Shown piece by piece: positions 41,501 through 50,261 of a DNA stretch of 64,000 nucleotides (positions are counted from its first letter, which is position 1; each line of letters begins with the position of its first letter). The DNA comes from Clostridia bacterium (GTDB lineage: Bacteria; Bacillota; Clostridia; TANB77; CAG-508), in contig JAFXPH010000002.1 in NCBI GenBank assembly GCA_017528085.1, forward strand, positions 343,898 through 407,897, written 5' to 3'. The notes beneath the pieces are model-generated. The model saw nothing but the letters and a program-made list of their open reading frames with translations. It was not told the DNA's origin and did not search any database. The translations under genes were made by a program, and so were the position numbers.

Positions 41501-41789
41501 TTGTAGTTGTAACTCCTGTCGAACGTGTCACTTTAAGTGTTACTTTACTTAAATATCTTTCTAGTTCGCTACCTGTATGAAGAACTTCATTTGCAGATAT
41601 TGTAATATATGTATTTTTGTTAATTTCTTTATCTGCATCAAAGATGTTTAGCTCTCCTGGTAAAGTACTTACAACTTTATCTTTTGGAATATTAACAATT
41701 ACTATTGCAATTATTAAGGCAACAATTAAAATACTAAATAACAAAACTTTTTTTGTATTTAGTCTGCCTTTTTCTCCGAACCTACTCAT
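38514..41789 (-). CDS. cell-wall-anchored surface protein (1091 aa), paralog of the giant protein
   Basis: Signal anchor and Ig/FN3-like modules, with a C-terminal region clearly homologous to the C-terminal roughly 350 aa of the 2269-aa protein. It ends MPKTG plus a hydrophobic stretch plus KRNK. Confidence 0.8.
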   Translation of the reverse strand: MSRFGEKGRLNTKKVLLFSILIVALIIAIVIVNIPKDKVVSTLPGELNIFDADKEINKNTYITISANEVLHTGSELERYLSKVTLKVTRSTGVTTTSVEIARGTDVVYTSSTNKDHTKDVTENGSYKITVKYKYTESGTEKEGTLVGNYSVSNIDVTGPSNAKPSFIAKTATGATFKCNQVDAMGGVDESKTQYRLTNAAGTSGTYQSSNELKMTSGQKYYVQTKATDRYGYSTESQVLEYDYVNVPDPVIGEGGNVTYTLTPNADTWTNGTVKVTVSTSATGMRVLLSETTTAADFTQRTTITVSENKRVYVKLSDGTNASSRYETIEIKNIDKVNPTDAAPAASDITTSSFKVTCKQTDAASKIKESTIRYRVLSNETTVFKDYQTSDTFTGIPSGEYYIQTKVTDNAGNTQESKTTKVTTKALDKTSTYITLIPDKPTSVWTNQDITVTAKILKTVEGTPYTIVMSTDGGANYSPRTQAVATEICTIKACLYDGTNYSEPLTMECHHIDKVAPTNTAPAITKVTSASIIATSKQTDTLSGINLGETKYRLVDPDGNYGAWQSYGTFNKLNQDTTYKVQTRVVDNAGNEMVSELTSATTAKLPNTEDVLTLTPSTPNTEMAFTNVTVVAKSSDPDLTIQMSRNGEKYLNVSSVVMETNGRVYGRLTDGVNYSEPIYIDVTNIQAPLPTPDPDMFTLEEVPTCTINPETWTRDTVRIRVDRVKDYMVQTKLNDGDWEYTAFQTVESNDDIVYARYYDGTSYSEEAKFQVTNIDKTPPNAEIPGFSIVERANGEDLSIVMFTFQQTDDQSGIPQDTDHIKYRIIDPDGNIGEWQTDNIFRNIESYKVYKGQTLAIDLVGNEQISEEGSFMVILYDDDGNIIDKDGHYLRQDENGNFVRIDNNEPVGGNGNTDNNGSEIGTSISEDIDPNETNNQVNPNSGSELTEDPVNQDPEPNNNNNEQQEPTPEPVIEPEPAPNLDEVGEVKKTEETTQTEQQNNDTQVIEENNNNNVVVLVPKSNSAVGAVKKTNTTTNTTTNTSITNITNIINNTEANSNMPKTGKDSNVGIFGVALLLIGISLYFVKRNKDLEDV

Positions 41790-41855
41790 TTTTCTACTTT
41801 CTCCTCATAATTTCCATTTGTAACATTGGAAATATTTTTTTAACATTTCAAGCAG

Positions 41856-41887
41856 ATTATATCAATTCAGATATATTTTTTAAATAT
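41856..41887 (-). promoter_or_regulatory. candidate promoter for the 1091-aa surface protein gene
   Basis: On the minus strand: TTTAAA, a 17-nt spacer, then TGaTATAAT (an extended -10). Confidence 0.35.
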
Positions 41888-41950
41888 TTTTGATAAAATG
41901 ATACATAAATGATATATTTGGAGAATTTTTGAAATATTTTTGTAACATTT

Positions 41951-41976
41951 AAAAAAGAGTATGATTTCTCATACTC
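41951..41976 (-). terminator. rho-independent terminator after carB
   Basis: GAGTATGA tttc TCATACTC followed by T6 on the minus strand. Confidence 0.6.
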
Positions 41977-41993
41977 TAAAATGTACTATTTTA

Positions 41994-44900
41994 CTAGATT
42001 TTTGTGATGTCTACCGGATTTAAATCTTCTTCTTTTGTTTCTAAATCTATAGCTTTATAAAGTGCATTTACTGTGTCTAATGCTGTAAAGCATGGAATTT
42101 TGCATTCAACTGCAATTCTTCTAATTTTAAATCCATCTCTATTTGCATTCTTACCTTTTGTTGGAGTGTTTATTACAAAATCAATCTTTCCTGATTGAAT
42201 TAAGTCTGTAATATCTTCACTACCATCTGATAATTTTTCAAGTGCTGTAGATTCTATTCCATTTTTCTTTAAGAATGTTGATGTTCCTGATGTAGCATAT
42301 ATATCAAATCCTTTTTCTTTAAACTTTTTAGCAATAGGAAGGACTTCTAATTTATCTTTGTCTCTTACTGATATAAATATATTACCTTGATGTTTTACAT
42401 TTATACCACTTGCAATAAATGCTTTTAGTATTGCATTTTCGTATTTAACATCTACTCCAAGTACTTCTCCTGTTGATTTCATTTCAGGTCCAAGTGAGGT
42501 ATCTGCATTTTTGATTTTCTCAAATGAGAATACTGGCATCTTTACACAAACATAATTTGATTTTCTATATAAGTCTATTCCATATCCCATATTTCTTAAT
42601 TTTTCACCAAACATTACTCTTGTTGCAATTTCTATTATTGGAAGATTTGTAACTTTACTAATATATGGAACAGTTCTACTTGATCTTGGATTAACCTCAA
42701 TAATGTATACTGTATCATCGCTTATGATAAATTGAATATTAAACATTCCAATTATATCTAATTCTTTTGCAATTTTTCTTGAATAATCAATTATTATCTC
42801 TTCATATTTCTTATCAATATTTTGTGAAGGATACACTGATATACTATCTCCAGAATGAATTCCTGCTCTTTCTAAGTGTTCCATAATACCTGGTATTAAG
42901 ATGTTTTCTCCATCTGAAATTGCATCTACTTCAACTTCTTTTCCCATTACATATTTATCAACTAGTATTGGATGTTCTTGAACTATTTGATTTATTTCAT
43001 TAACAAATTCTGTTATTTCTTTATCATCATGAGCAATTGCCATACCTTGACCACCAAGTACATATGATGGTCTTACTAATACTGGATAACCTAGTTTATT
43101 AGCTATCTCTTTTGCCTCATTTACTGTAAATATGGTTCCACCTTTTGGTCTTGTTATATTACATTTTGTAAGTACTTCATCAAACTCTTTTCTATCTTCA
43201 GATCTATCCATATTTTCTTCTGAAGTACCAAATATTCTAACACCCAAATCTGATATTGCTTTAGTTAATTTAATTGCAGTTTGCCCACCGAATTGAACGA
43301 TAACTCCTTCTGGTTTTTCTCTATCGATAATTGCTTCTACATCTTCTGGTGTTAGAGGTTCAAAGTAAAGTTTATCTGATATATCAAAATCTGTACTTAC
43401 AGTTTCTGGATTGTTGTTTACAATTATTGTTTCGTATCCTAATTTCTTTAGTGCCCATATTCCATGAACTGAGCAATAATCAAATTCTATTCCTTGTCCA
43501 ATTCTAATTGGTCCAGATCCTAAAACCATAACTTTCTTTTTGTATGAATTTTTTACTTCATCACCTTCATCATAAGATGAATAATAGTAAGGTGTCTCTG
43601 CTTCGAATTCAGCACTACATGTATCAACCATTTTAAAATATGGAATAATTCCATTTTGTTTTCTAAACTTTTTGATTTCTTCTTCTGGTTTTTTAGTATA
43701 CTTTGCAATTGTCTTATCTGTAAATCCAAGCATCTTTGCTCTTCTTACTAAATCTGCGTTAAACTGACTTGATTCAAGTTCTCTTTGCATTTTAATTAAG
43801 TTATAAACCATACCAATAAAATGTCTGTCTATTGTTGTTATCTCATGAATTCTATCCACAGGTATTTCTTTTCTTATAGCCTCTGCAATAACGAAAAATC
43901 TTTCGTTATCCACAACTTTTAACTTTTCCTCAAGTTCTTCTTTTTCATAGTTTTTATATTTTTCTAAGAACAATTCTTCAACATTTTCTTCTATTGATCT
44001 TAGAGTTTTCATAAATGCTGATTCTAGGTTTGAACCAATTCCCATTGATTCTCCGGTTGCTTTCATTTGTGTTCCAAGTGTTCTATTTGCTGTTAAAAAT
44101 TTCTTAAATGGCCACTTTGGAATTTTTACTACAACATAATCTAGTGTTGGTTCAAAACAAGCGTAAGTTTTCTTAGTAACTTCATTTTGGATTTCATCTA
44201 AGTCATATCCAAGTGCTATCTTAGTTGCAATCTTAGCTATTGGATAACCAGTAGCTTTTGATGCTAATGCTGAAGAACGACTTACTCTTGGGTTAACCTC
44301 AATTACAGCATACTCAAAACTATTTGGATTTAATGCAAATTGAACATTACATCCACCTTCTATTTTAAGTGCATTTATAATCTTTATTGCTGATGTTCTT
44401 AGCATTTGATATTCTTTATTAGATAATGTTTGTGATGGTGCAACAACTATACTATCACCAGTATGAACTCCAACTGGATCTAAATTTTCCATGTTACATA
44501 TTACTATGCAGTTTCCACTTTTATCACGCATTACTTCATATTCTATTTCTTTCCATCCAGAAATACATTTTTCAATTAGTACTTGATGAACTCTTGAGTA
44601 TCTTAGACCGCTACTTGCAATTTCATCTAACTCTCTTTTATTATATGCAATTCCTCCACCAGTTCCTCCTAAAGTATATGCTGGTCTTACTATTACTGGA
44701 TATCCTATTTCTTCTGCAAATACTAATGCTGCAGGAACATTTTCTACTACCTTACTTTTTACACAAGGCTCATTTATGGATTCCATTGTATCTTTAAATG
44801 ATTGTCTATCCTCTGCATTTTTTATTCCTTCTGTTCCTGTTCCTAAAAGTCTTACATTATTCTTTTTTAAGAATCCACATTCTGCAAGTTCCATTGCTAA

Positions 44901-45191
44901 GTTAAGTCCTGTTTGACCGCCTAGATTAGGAAGAATTGAATCCGGTCTTTCTTTTATTATTATTTTCTTTAAAGTTTTAACTGTAAGAGGTTCAATATAA
45001 ATTTTATCTGCCATCATTTTGTCTGTCATAATTGTTGCTGGATTTGAATTTACTAAAACTACTTCTACGCCTTCTTTTTTCAGTTCATGGCAAGCTTGTG
45101 TTCCTGCATAATCAAACTCTGCAGCTTGTCCAATTATTATTGGACCGGAACCAATTACTAATACTTTTTTAATATTCTTGTTTCTTGGCAT
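41994..45191 (-). CDS. carB: carbamoyl-phosphate synthase large subunit
   Basis: Duplicated ATP-grasp halves and an MGS-like C-terminal domain; 1065 aa. Confidence 0.95.
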   Translation of the reverse strand: MPRNKNIKKVLVIGSGPIIIGQAAEFDYAGTQACHELKKEGVEVVLVNSNPATIMTDKMMADKIYIEPLTVKTLKKIIIKERPDSILPNLGGQTGLNLAMELAECGFLKKNNVRLLGTGTEGIKNAEDRQSFKDTMESINEPCVKSKVVENVPAALVFAEEIGYPVIVRPAYTLGGTGGGIAYNKRELDEIASSGLRYSRVHQVLIEKCISGWKEIEYEVMRDKSGNCIVICNMENLDPVGVHTGDSIVVAPSQTLSNKEYQMLRTSAIKIINALKIEGGCNVQFALNPNSFEYAVIEVNPRVSRSSALASKATGYPIAKIATKIALGYDLDEIQNEVTKKTYACFEPTLDYVVVKIPKWPFKKFLTANRTLGTQMKATGESMGIGSNLESAFMKTLRSIEENVEELFLEKYKNYEKEELEEKLKVVDNERFFVIAEAIRKEIPVDRIHEITTIDRHFIGMVYNLIKMQRELESSQFNADLVRRAKMLGFTDKTIAKYTKKPEEEIKKFRKQNGIIPYFKMVDTCSAEFEAETPYYYSSYDEGDEVKNSYKKKVMVLGSGPIRIGQGIEFDYCSVHGIWALKKLGYETIIVNNNPETVSTDFDISDKLYFEPLTPEDVEAIIDREKPEGVIVQFGGQTAIKLTKAISDLGVRIFGTSEENMDRSEDRKEFDEVLTKCNITRPKGGTIFTVNEAKEIANKLGYPVLVRPSYVLGGQGMAIAHDDKEITEFVNEINQIVQEHPILVDKYVMGKEVEVDAISDGENILIPGIMEHLERAGIHSGDSISVYPSQNIDKKYEEIIIDYSRKIAKELDIIGMFNIQFIISDDTVYIIEVNPRSSRTVPYISKVTNLPIIEIATRVMFGEKLRNMGYGIDLYRKSNYVCVKMPVFSFEKIKNADTSLGPEMKSTGEVLGVDVKYENAILKAFIASGINVKHQGNIFISVRDKDKLEVLPIAKKFKEKGFDIYATSGTSTFLKKNGIESTALEKLSDGSEDITDLIQSGKIDFVINTPTKGKNANRDGFKIRRIAVECKIPCFTALDTVNALYKAIDLETKEEDLNPVDITKI

Positions 45192-45192
45192 T

Positions 45193-46269
45193 TTATATTT
45201 CCCCCTTTACTTTTCTTGCAAATGTATCAAATAAAAATGATGTATCTTCAGGTCCTGGGCATGACTCAGGATGGAACTGTACTGTAGTTATGTTTTTGTT
45301 TTTATAGTTTATTCCTTCTACTGTTCCATCATTTAAATTTATATAAGATACTTCAGCTATATTTTTATTTATTGAACTTTCTAAAACATAGTATCCGTGA
45401 TTTTGACTTGTTATATATACTCTATCAGTATTTAAATCTTTTACTGGGTGATTTACACCTCTATGTCCATATTTCAATTTACTTGTTTTAAAACCATTTG
45501 CAAGAGCCATAAGTTGATGCCCTAAACATATTCCAAATATTGGTTTATTTGTTCTTCTATATAGTTCTTTTAAAGTTTCTATTTCTTCTTTACATTCTTC
45601 TGGATCACCTGGTCCATTAGATAGCATTATTCCATCTGGATTATCTTTTAATATTTCTTCAGCTTTAGTTCTTGCAGGATATATCATTACTCCAAGTTTT
45701 CTAGATAAAAGACTATTTACTATGTTATGTTTAAAACCATAGTCTATTAACGCTACTTTCTTTTCATATTGTTTTCCATATTCTTGTTTTGCCTTTACTG
45801 TTACTTTATCAACTACACCTTCTACTTTATATTCTTTTATCTTTTCAAGAAGTGCTTCCTTATTATTAATTGCATTAACTAAAGCTCCTCTTAAAGTACC
45901 ACTTTCTCGAAGCATCCTTGTCAGCTTTCTTGTATTTACTCCTGTAAGTCCTGGTGTATTGTTGTTTCTTAAGAATTTGTCTATTGTGTATTTAGATCTA
46001 AAGTTGCTTTCAAAGTTTGCCATATTGTGGATAAATACTGCGCTTGCCCATATCTTATCTGACTCAAAATCTTCTGGTATTACTCCATAGTTACCAATTA
46101 ATGGATAAGTCATTACTATTCCTTGTCCTGCATAAGATGGGTCTGTGAATGTTTCTATGTATCCAGCCATACCAGTATTAAAGACAACCTCACAAAAGAC
46201 TTCTGCTTGATAGCCTATTCTTTCTCCCTCAAATACCTCACCATTTTCTAGTACTAAAAAACCTTTCAT
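45193..46269 (-). CDS. carA: carbamoyl-phosphate synthase small subunit (glutamine amidotransferase)
   Basis: GATase class I catalytic Cys (GICLGHQ) with a CPSase small-chain N-terminus. Confidence 0.95.
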   Translation of the reverse strand: MKGFLVLENGEVFEGERIGYQAEVFCEVVFNTGMAGYIETFTDPSYAGQGIVMTYPLIGNYGVIPEDFESDKIWASAVFIHNMANFESNFRSKYTIDKFLRNNNTPGLTGVNTRKLTRMLRESGTLRGALVNAINNKEALLEKIKEYKVEGVVDKVTVKAKQEYGKQYEKKVALIDYGFKHNIVNSLLSRKLGVMIYPARTKAEEILKDNPDGIMLSNGPGDPEECKEEIETLKELYRRTNKPIFGICLGHQLMALANGFKTSKLKYGHRGVNHPVKDLNTDRVYITSQNHGYYVLESSINKNIAEVSYINLNDGTVEGINYKNKNITTVQFHPESCPGPEDTSFLFDTFARKVKGEI

Positions 46270-46308
46270 GATACTCCTTTCACATAAAAAAAATACTAAA
46301 TAAAATAA

Positions 46309-46422
46309 ATATTATTTAGTATTTCTATTAAAAAAATTATTATCGAATAAAGAATAAATAGCCTTGTTTCTTGTCAATTTGCTTAAACTATTGATTTTGA
46401 ATACACTATTTACTGCTTTCAT
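46309..46422 (-). CDS. possible 37-codon small ORF/leader peptide upstream of carA
   Basis: Strong RBS AAAAGGAGAGAG followed by ATG. It reads MKAVNSVFKINSLSKLTRNKAIYSLFDNNFFNRNTK. It is below the ORF-track length cutoff. Confidence 0.25.
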
Positions 46423-46519
46423 TTCTCTCTCCTTTTTACATTATAGAGATTTTATATTAATCAAATTTAAAAATCAAGCATTTTTTTTATTTGTAATTAA
46501 ATAGTCATAAAAGAAAAAT

Positions 46520-47071
46520 TTAAAGGTCATATTTTACTACTTCACAATTAGAAAGTTTTAAAAATGATAAATTTTCTTCCATAGCTTTTGAATCATATCC
46601 TTCAAGATAAGCTCTAGCTGCAATACTATTTCCAGCATGAAATACAACTAAAACATCTTTATCTTGATATTTTTCTTTAATTTCTTCAAAGAAGTTCTTT
46701 GTTCTTTCATACAAATCATCAAATTCTTCCATGCCGTCTATACCAGATTTAACGCCGAAATTAAAAGCACATGATTTTATGTCTTTAAGAAGTGTTTTAT
46801 TTTTTCCTTCTAATGAACCATAGCATCTTTCTATTATTCTATCATCTGTTATTAATTCTAAATTTCTGCCCTCTGTAATTATTTTTGCTGTTTCTACTGC
46901 TCTTTTTAGAGGAGATGCAATTACTACATCAATGTTTGTTTCTTTTAAATCATCTCTTGTTTTTTCTGCTTGTTTTTTTCCTTCTTCATTTAAATCAGTA
47001 TCTGTTATTCCTTGAATCTTACCTAATACATTCCAATCTGTAAGTCCATGTCTTGTTAAATAAACCCTCAT
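46520..47071 (-). CDS. histidine phosphatase (phosphoglycerate mutase-like) family protein
   Basis: RHG motif (YLTRHGLTDWN) and a downstream His. Confidence 0.75.
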   Translation of the reverse strand: MRVYLTRHGLTDWNVLGKIQGITDTDLNEEGKKQAEKTRDDLKETNIDVVIASPLKRAVETAKIITEGRNLELITDDRIIERCYGSLEGKNKTLLKDIKSCAFNFGVKSGIDGMEEFDDLYERTKNFFEEIKEKYQDKDVLVVFHAGNSIAARAYLEGYDSKAMEENLSFLKLSNCEVVKYDL

Positions 47072-47151
47072 ATATACCTCCTAATAAATTTTACACTATT
47101 TTTAGGCCCAAAAAAAAGAGTTATTTTAAAAATAACTCTTTTTTATTTAAA

Positions 47152-48027
47152 TTATTTTAATTGTTTCATTACTTCATCAGCGAAGTTTTCTTCTCTTTTC
47201 TCTAGTCCTTCACCTTTTTCGAATCTAGCAAATCTTACGATTTCTGAATCGTTTTCTTTTAAGTAATCTTTTACTTTCTTAGATGGATCTTTAACAAATT
47301 CTTGATCTACTAAGCATATTTCAGCATAGAATTTTCCAACTCTACCTTGAACTATTTTTTCAGCTATTTCAGCAGGTTTTCCTTCGTTGATAGCTTGTGC
47401 TTTTAATATTTCCATTTCTTTTTCTAATCTGTCAGCTGGAACTTCAGTTTCATTTAAGAACTCTGGTCTAGCAGCTGCAATTTGCATACATACGTCTTTT
47501 GCAACTTCTTGTTTACCTGATTTAAAATCAACTAATACAGCAATTTTTCCACCTAAGTGAATATAGCTTTCAACAAATCCTTCAGATTCAAATCTTTGGA
47601 ATCTCCTGATTGTCATGTTCTCACCGATTGTAGCAACTTTCTCAATTAGTTCTTCTTTAACTGTATGATCTGTTCCTACATATTTTAATCCTTCTAATGC
47701 TTCAACATCAGCTGGATTTTCGTCAGCAACTATTTTTGCTAAATTGTTAACGAATTCAACAAATTGTTCGTTCTTAGCAACGAAGTCTGTTTCTGAATTA
47801 ACTTCGATAATTGCTCCAACTTTTTTATCATCTGATATATAAGATGCTACTAAACCTTCAGAAGCGATTCTTCCTGATTTCTTAGCAGCTTTTGTAATTC
47901 CTCTTTCTCTTAAAAGCTCTTCAGCTTTTACCATATCTCCATCTGTTTCTGTTAAAACTTTTTTGCAGTCCATCATTCCTGCTCCAGTTTTTTCTCTTAA
48001 CTCTTTAACTTGACTTGCAGATATCAT
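47152..48027 (-). CDS. tsf: elongation factor Ts
   Basis: UBA-like N-terminus ([25 protein letters not shown]-like) and a full-length match. Confidence 0.95.
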   Translation of the reverse strand: [291 protein letters not shown]

Positions 48028-48067
48028 AAGTCCTACCTCCTAAAATATTATAAATAAAACATAAAAT

Positions 48068-48095
48068 AAGACGTAACAAAAACTAATTACGTCTT
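48068..48095 (-). terminator. intercistronic hairpin between rpsB and tsf (partial terminator/attenuator)
   Basis: AAGACGTAA..TTACGTCTT 9-bp stem followed by a U-rich tract on the minus strand. Confidence 0.5.
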
Positions 48096-48110
48096 ACCTT
48101 AAAAGTATAA

Positions 48111-49103
48111 TTACTCTTCAACTTCTTTTTTAGTTGTTTTTCTAGCTCTTGTCTTTTTTGGTTTTTCTTCTTCTTCAGCTGGAGCTTCTTCTTTTTCTTC
48201 TTCAGCTTTTTCTTCAACTACTTCTTCAGCTTTTTCAGCTTTTTTTGATGTTCTTTTTGCTGGTTTCTTTTCAACAACTTCTTCAGCTTCTGGAGCTGCT
48301 TCTTCAGCTACTTCTTCAGCAACTGGTGCAACTTCTTCAGCTGCTTCTTCTGCTACTACTTCTTCGATGTCTGTTACTTCTTCTTCATCTGATTCAACTA
48401 CTGTTGGAACAACAGCGTCTTCACCTTGATTTCCTTCGATAACAGCATTAGCAATTACGTCAGCTATTAATTTAACAGCTCTTATAGCATCGTCGTTACC
48501 TGGAATTGCATAATCAACATCATATGGATTGCAGTTTGTATCTACTAATCCAACTACTGGTATTCCTAATTTGTGAGCTTCTAAAACAGCTATTCTTTCT
48601 TTCTTAGGATCTACTACGAATAAAACTCCTGGAATATCTTCCATGTTTTTAATACCAGATAAGTTTTTATCTAATTTTTCCATTTCTTTCTTTAATAATT
48701 GAACTTCTTTTTTAGGTAAAACTTCAAAAGTACCATCTTCTTGCATTCTTTCTAAGTCTTTTAATCTTTGAACTCTAGTTCTGATTGTTTCAAAGTTTGT
48801 AAGCATACCACCTAACCATCTTTGGTTGATGTAGTACATGTTACATCTTTCTGCTGCTTCTTTAATGCAATCTTGTGCTTGTTTTTTAGTTCCTACAAAT
48901 AGAACTGTTTTTCCTTCTTCAGCTTCATCCTTTACGAATTTGTAAGCCTCGTCTAATTTTTTTGATGTTTTTTGTAAATCGATAATATGGATACCACCTC
49001 TGGCTTGGAAAATATATTCAGCCATCTTAGGGTCCCATCTTCTTGTTTGATGTCCGAAATGAACACCAGCTTCAAGTAATTGTTTCATTGCAACTACTGC
49101 CAT
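48111..49103 (-). CDS. rpsB: 30S ribosomal protein S2 with an approximately 80-aa acidic/lysine-rich C-terminal extension
   Basis: Conserved S2 core (residues 1 to about 250), followed by an E/A/V/K-rich low-complexity tail. Confidence 0.95.
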   Translation of the reverse strand: MAVVAMKQLLEAGVHFGHQTRRWDPKMAEYIFQARGGIHIIDLQKTSKKLDEAYKFVKDEAEEGKTVLFVGTKKQAQDCIKEAAERCNMYYINQRWLGGMLTNFETIRTRVQRLKDLERMQEDGTFEVLPKKEVQLLKKEMEKLDKNLSGIKNMEDIPGVLFVVDPKKERIAVLEAHKLGIPVVGLVDTNCNPYDVDYAIPGNDDAIRAVKLIADVIANAVIEGNQGEDAVVPTVVESDEEEVTDIEEVVAEEAAEEVAPVAEEVAEEAAPEAEEVVEKKPAKRTSKKAEKAEEVVEEKAEEEKEEAPAEEEEKPKKTRARKTTKKEVEE

Positions 49104-49217
49104 TTTTTATTTCCTCCTTATTTGTTAATTCCTCCGTATACTTTTAAAGCACTCTAGAACACTTATATAAAGCACAATCTAGAGCTTAGTACACGTGTGT
49201 TATGTATAACGCAACTT

Positions 49218-49246
49218 ATTATAGCAAATTTAAAACTCTAATGCAA
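49218..49246 (-). promoter_or_regulatory. candidate rpsB promoter with a long (about 105 nt) leader
   Basis: On the minus strand: TTGCAT, a 17-nt spacer, then TGcTATAAT. Confidence 0.45.
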
Positions 49247-49252
49247 GAGTTT

Positions 49253-50191
49253 TTAGCAATTTTCTAAATATTTTAACTGCTTTACAAGTTCATTGATTAG
49301 ATTAATTCCATAGTACACATCATCATAGTATTTTTGAACATATGGCTTAGTTAAAATTTTATCTGAAAGAGTTGATTCTAAGTACTCATGATTTGGTCTA
49401 AATTTCAAATATAGCTTGTTTCCTTCTATTACTAAACCAAAGTTTTTCCATTTTAATTCTACAAATGTTTGGAAAAGTTCTAGTATATCTGGTGTAAATA
49501 GTTTTACAGCTTCTATTTTATTTCTAGTTATTAAATCATAATACTTTTCAAAAAACATAGAATCCATTTCAACTCTTTTATTACTTAACTCACGAAATTT
49601 ACTATTTGGGACAACTTGAATTGAATTAAAACATTCAATAGGAAGAGTGGCTTCTATCATAACTCCATCAAAAACAGGTACCCTTCTTGTTGTCGTATGT
49701 CCTTCTGAATCACGTTCAGTTTCTATTCTATGAGTGTGAATTTCACCCATTAATATTTCTGTTTCATTCTCTAATTTTCCTCTTATTAAATCTTCAGAGA
49801 AGTACTCATCATATCTTTGGTAGAATGGACTTCTGTTAAAATTCATTACTGGGAATCTATCAAGTGGTAGGTATAAAAGATTTTTATCAACACAAAGAAT
49901 TACTTGATTAATAAGAGTATTTTTATACATTAATCTAAACTTTTTATCTCTCATAGTAGCAAATACTACTAGGATTATTGCAAATGCAAAAGCAACTCCC
50001 ACCATAAGTGGTCCCATTGCCATATTCTTTGTAATATCAATTGCCATTAATACTAATTCAATTATTAAGCAAGCGCAAATAATAATACTTATTCTCTTTT
50101 TCTTTCTTTCTTTTGCAAGTGATTTTTCTATAAGTATTTGATCTTTGCATTTTGCGATTATATTCATATATTCGTTATTAAAATCTTTCAT
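49253..50191 (-). CDS. membrane protein resembling the DUF3137 family
   Basis: Start set at MKDFNNEY, which has an RBS (AAAGGAA); the ORF-track start at 50257 would run through the upstream terminator. There are two TM helices and a C-terminal globular domain. Confidence 0.5.
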   Translation of the reverse strand: MKDFNNEYMNIIAKCKDQILIEKSLAKERKKKRISIIICACLIIELVLMAIDITKNMAMGPLMVGVAFAFAIILVVFATMRDKKFRLMYKNTLINQVILCVDKNLLYLPLDRFPVMNFNRSPFYQRYDEYFSEDLIRGKLENETEILMGEIHTHRIETERDSEGHTTTRRVPVFDGVMIEATLPIECFNSIQVVPNSKFRELSNKRVEMDSMFFEKYYDLITRNKIEAVKLFTPDILELFQTFVELKWKNFGLVIEGNKLYLKFRPNHEYLESTLSDKILTKPYVQKYYDDVYYGINLINELVKQLKYLENC

Positions 50192-50213
50192 ATTTTCATT
50201 CCTTTTAAAAATT

Positions 50214-50252
50214 TCAAACAAAAACAAAAGTCTTTCATTGATATGAAAGACT
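50214..50252 (-). terminator. rho-independent terminator of the 761-aa gene
   Basis: Perfect 10-bp stem AGTCTTTCAT tgat ATGAAAGACT, followed by TTTGTTTTTGTTTG on the minus strand. Confidence 0.6.
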
Positions 50253-50261
50253 TTCATTACT

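Noticed and set aside
48149-48442. L/Q-rich 97-aa ORF
   Set aside because: It is antisense to the GAA-rich S2 tail, a low-complexity artefact.
49225-49255. Hairpin AAACTCT..AGAGTTT after the DUF3137 gene as a terminator
   Set aside because: No adequate T-run follows it. The same bases fit better as the -35 region of the rpsB promoter.
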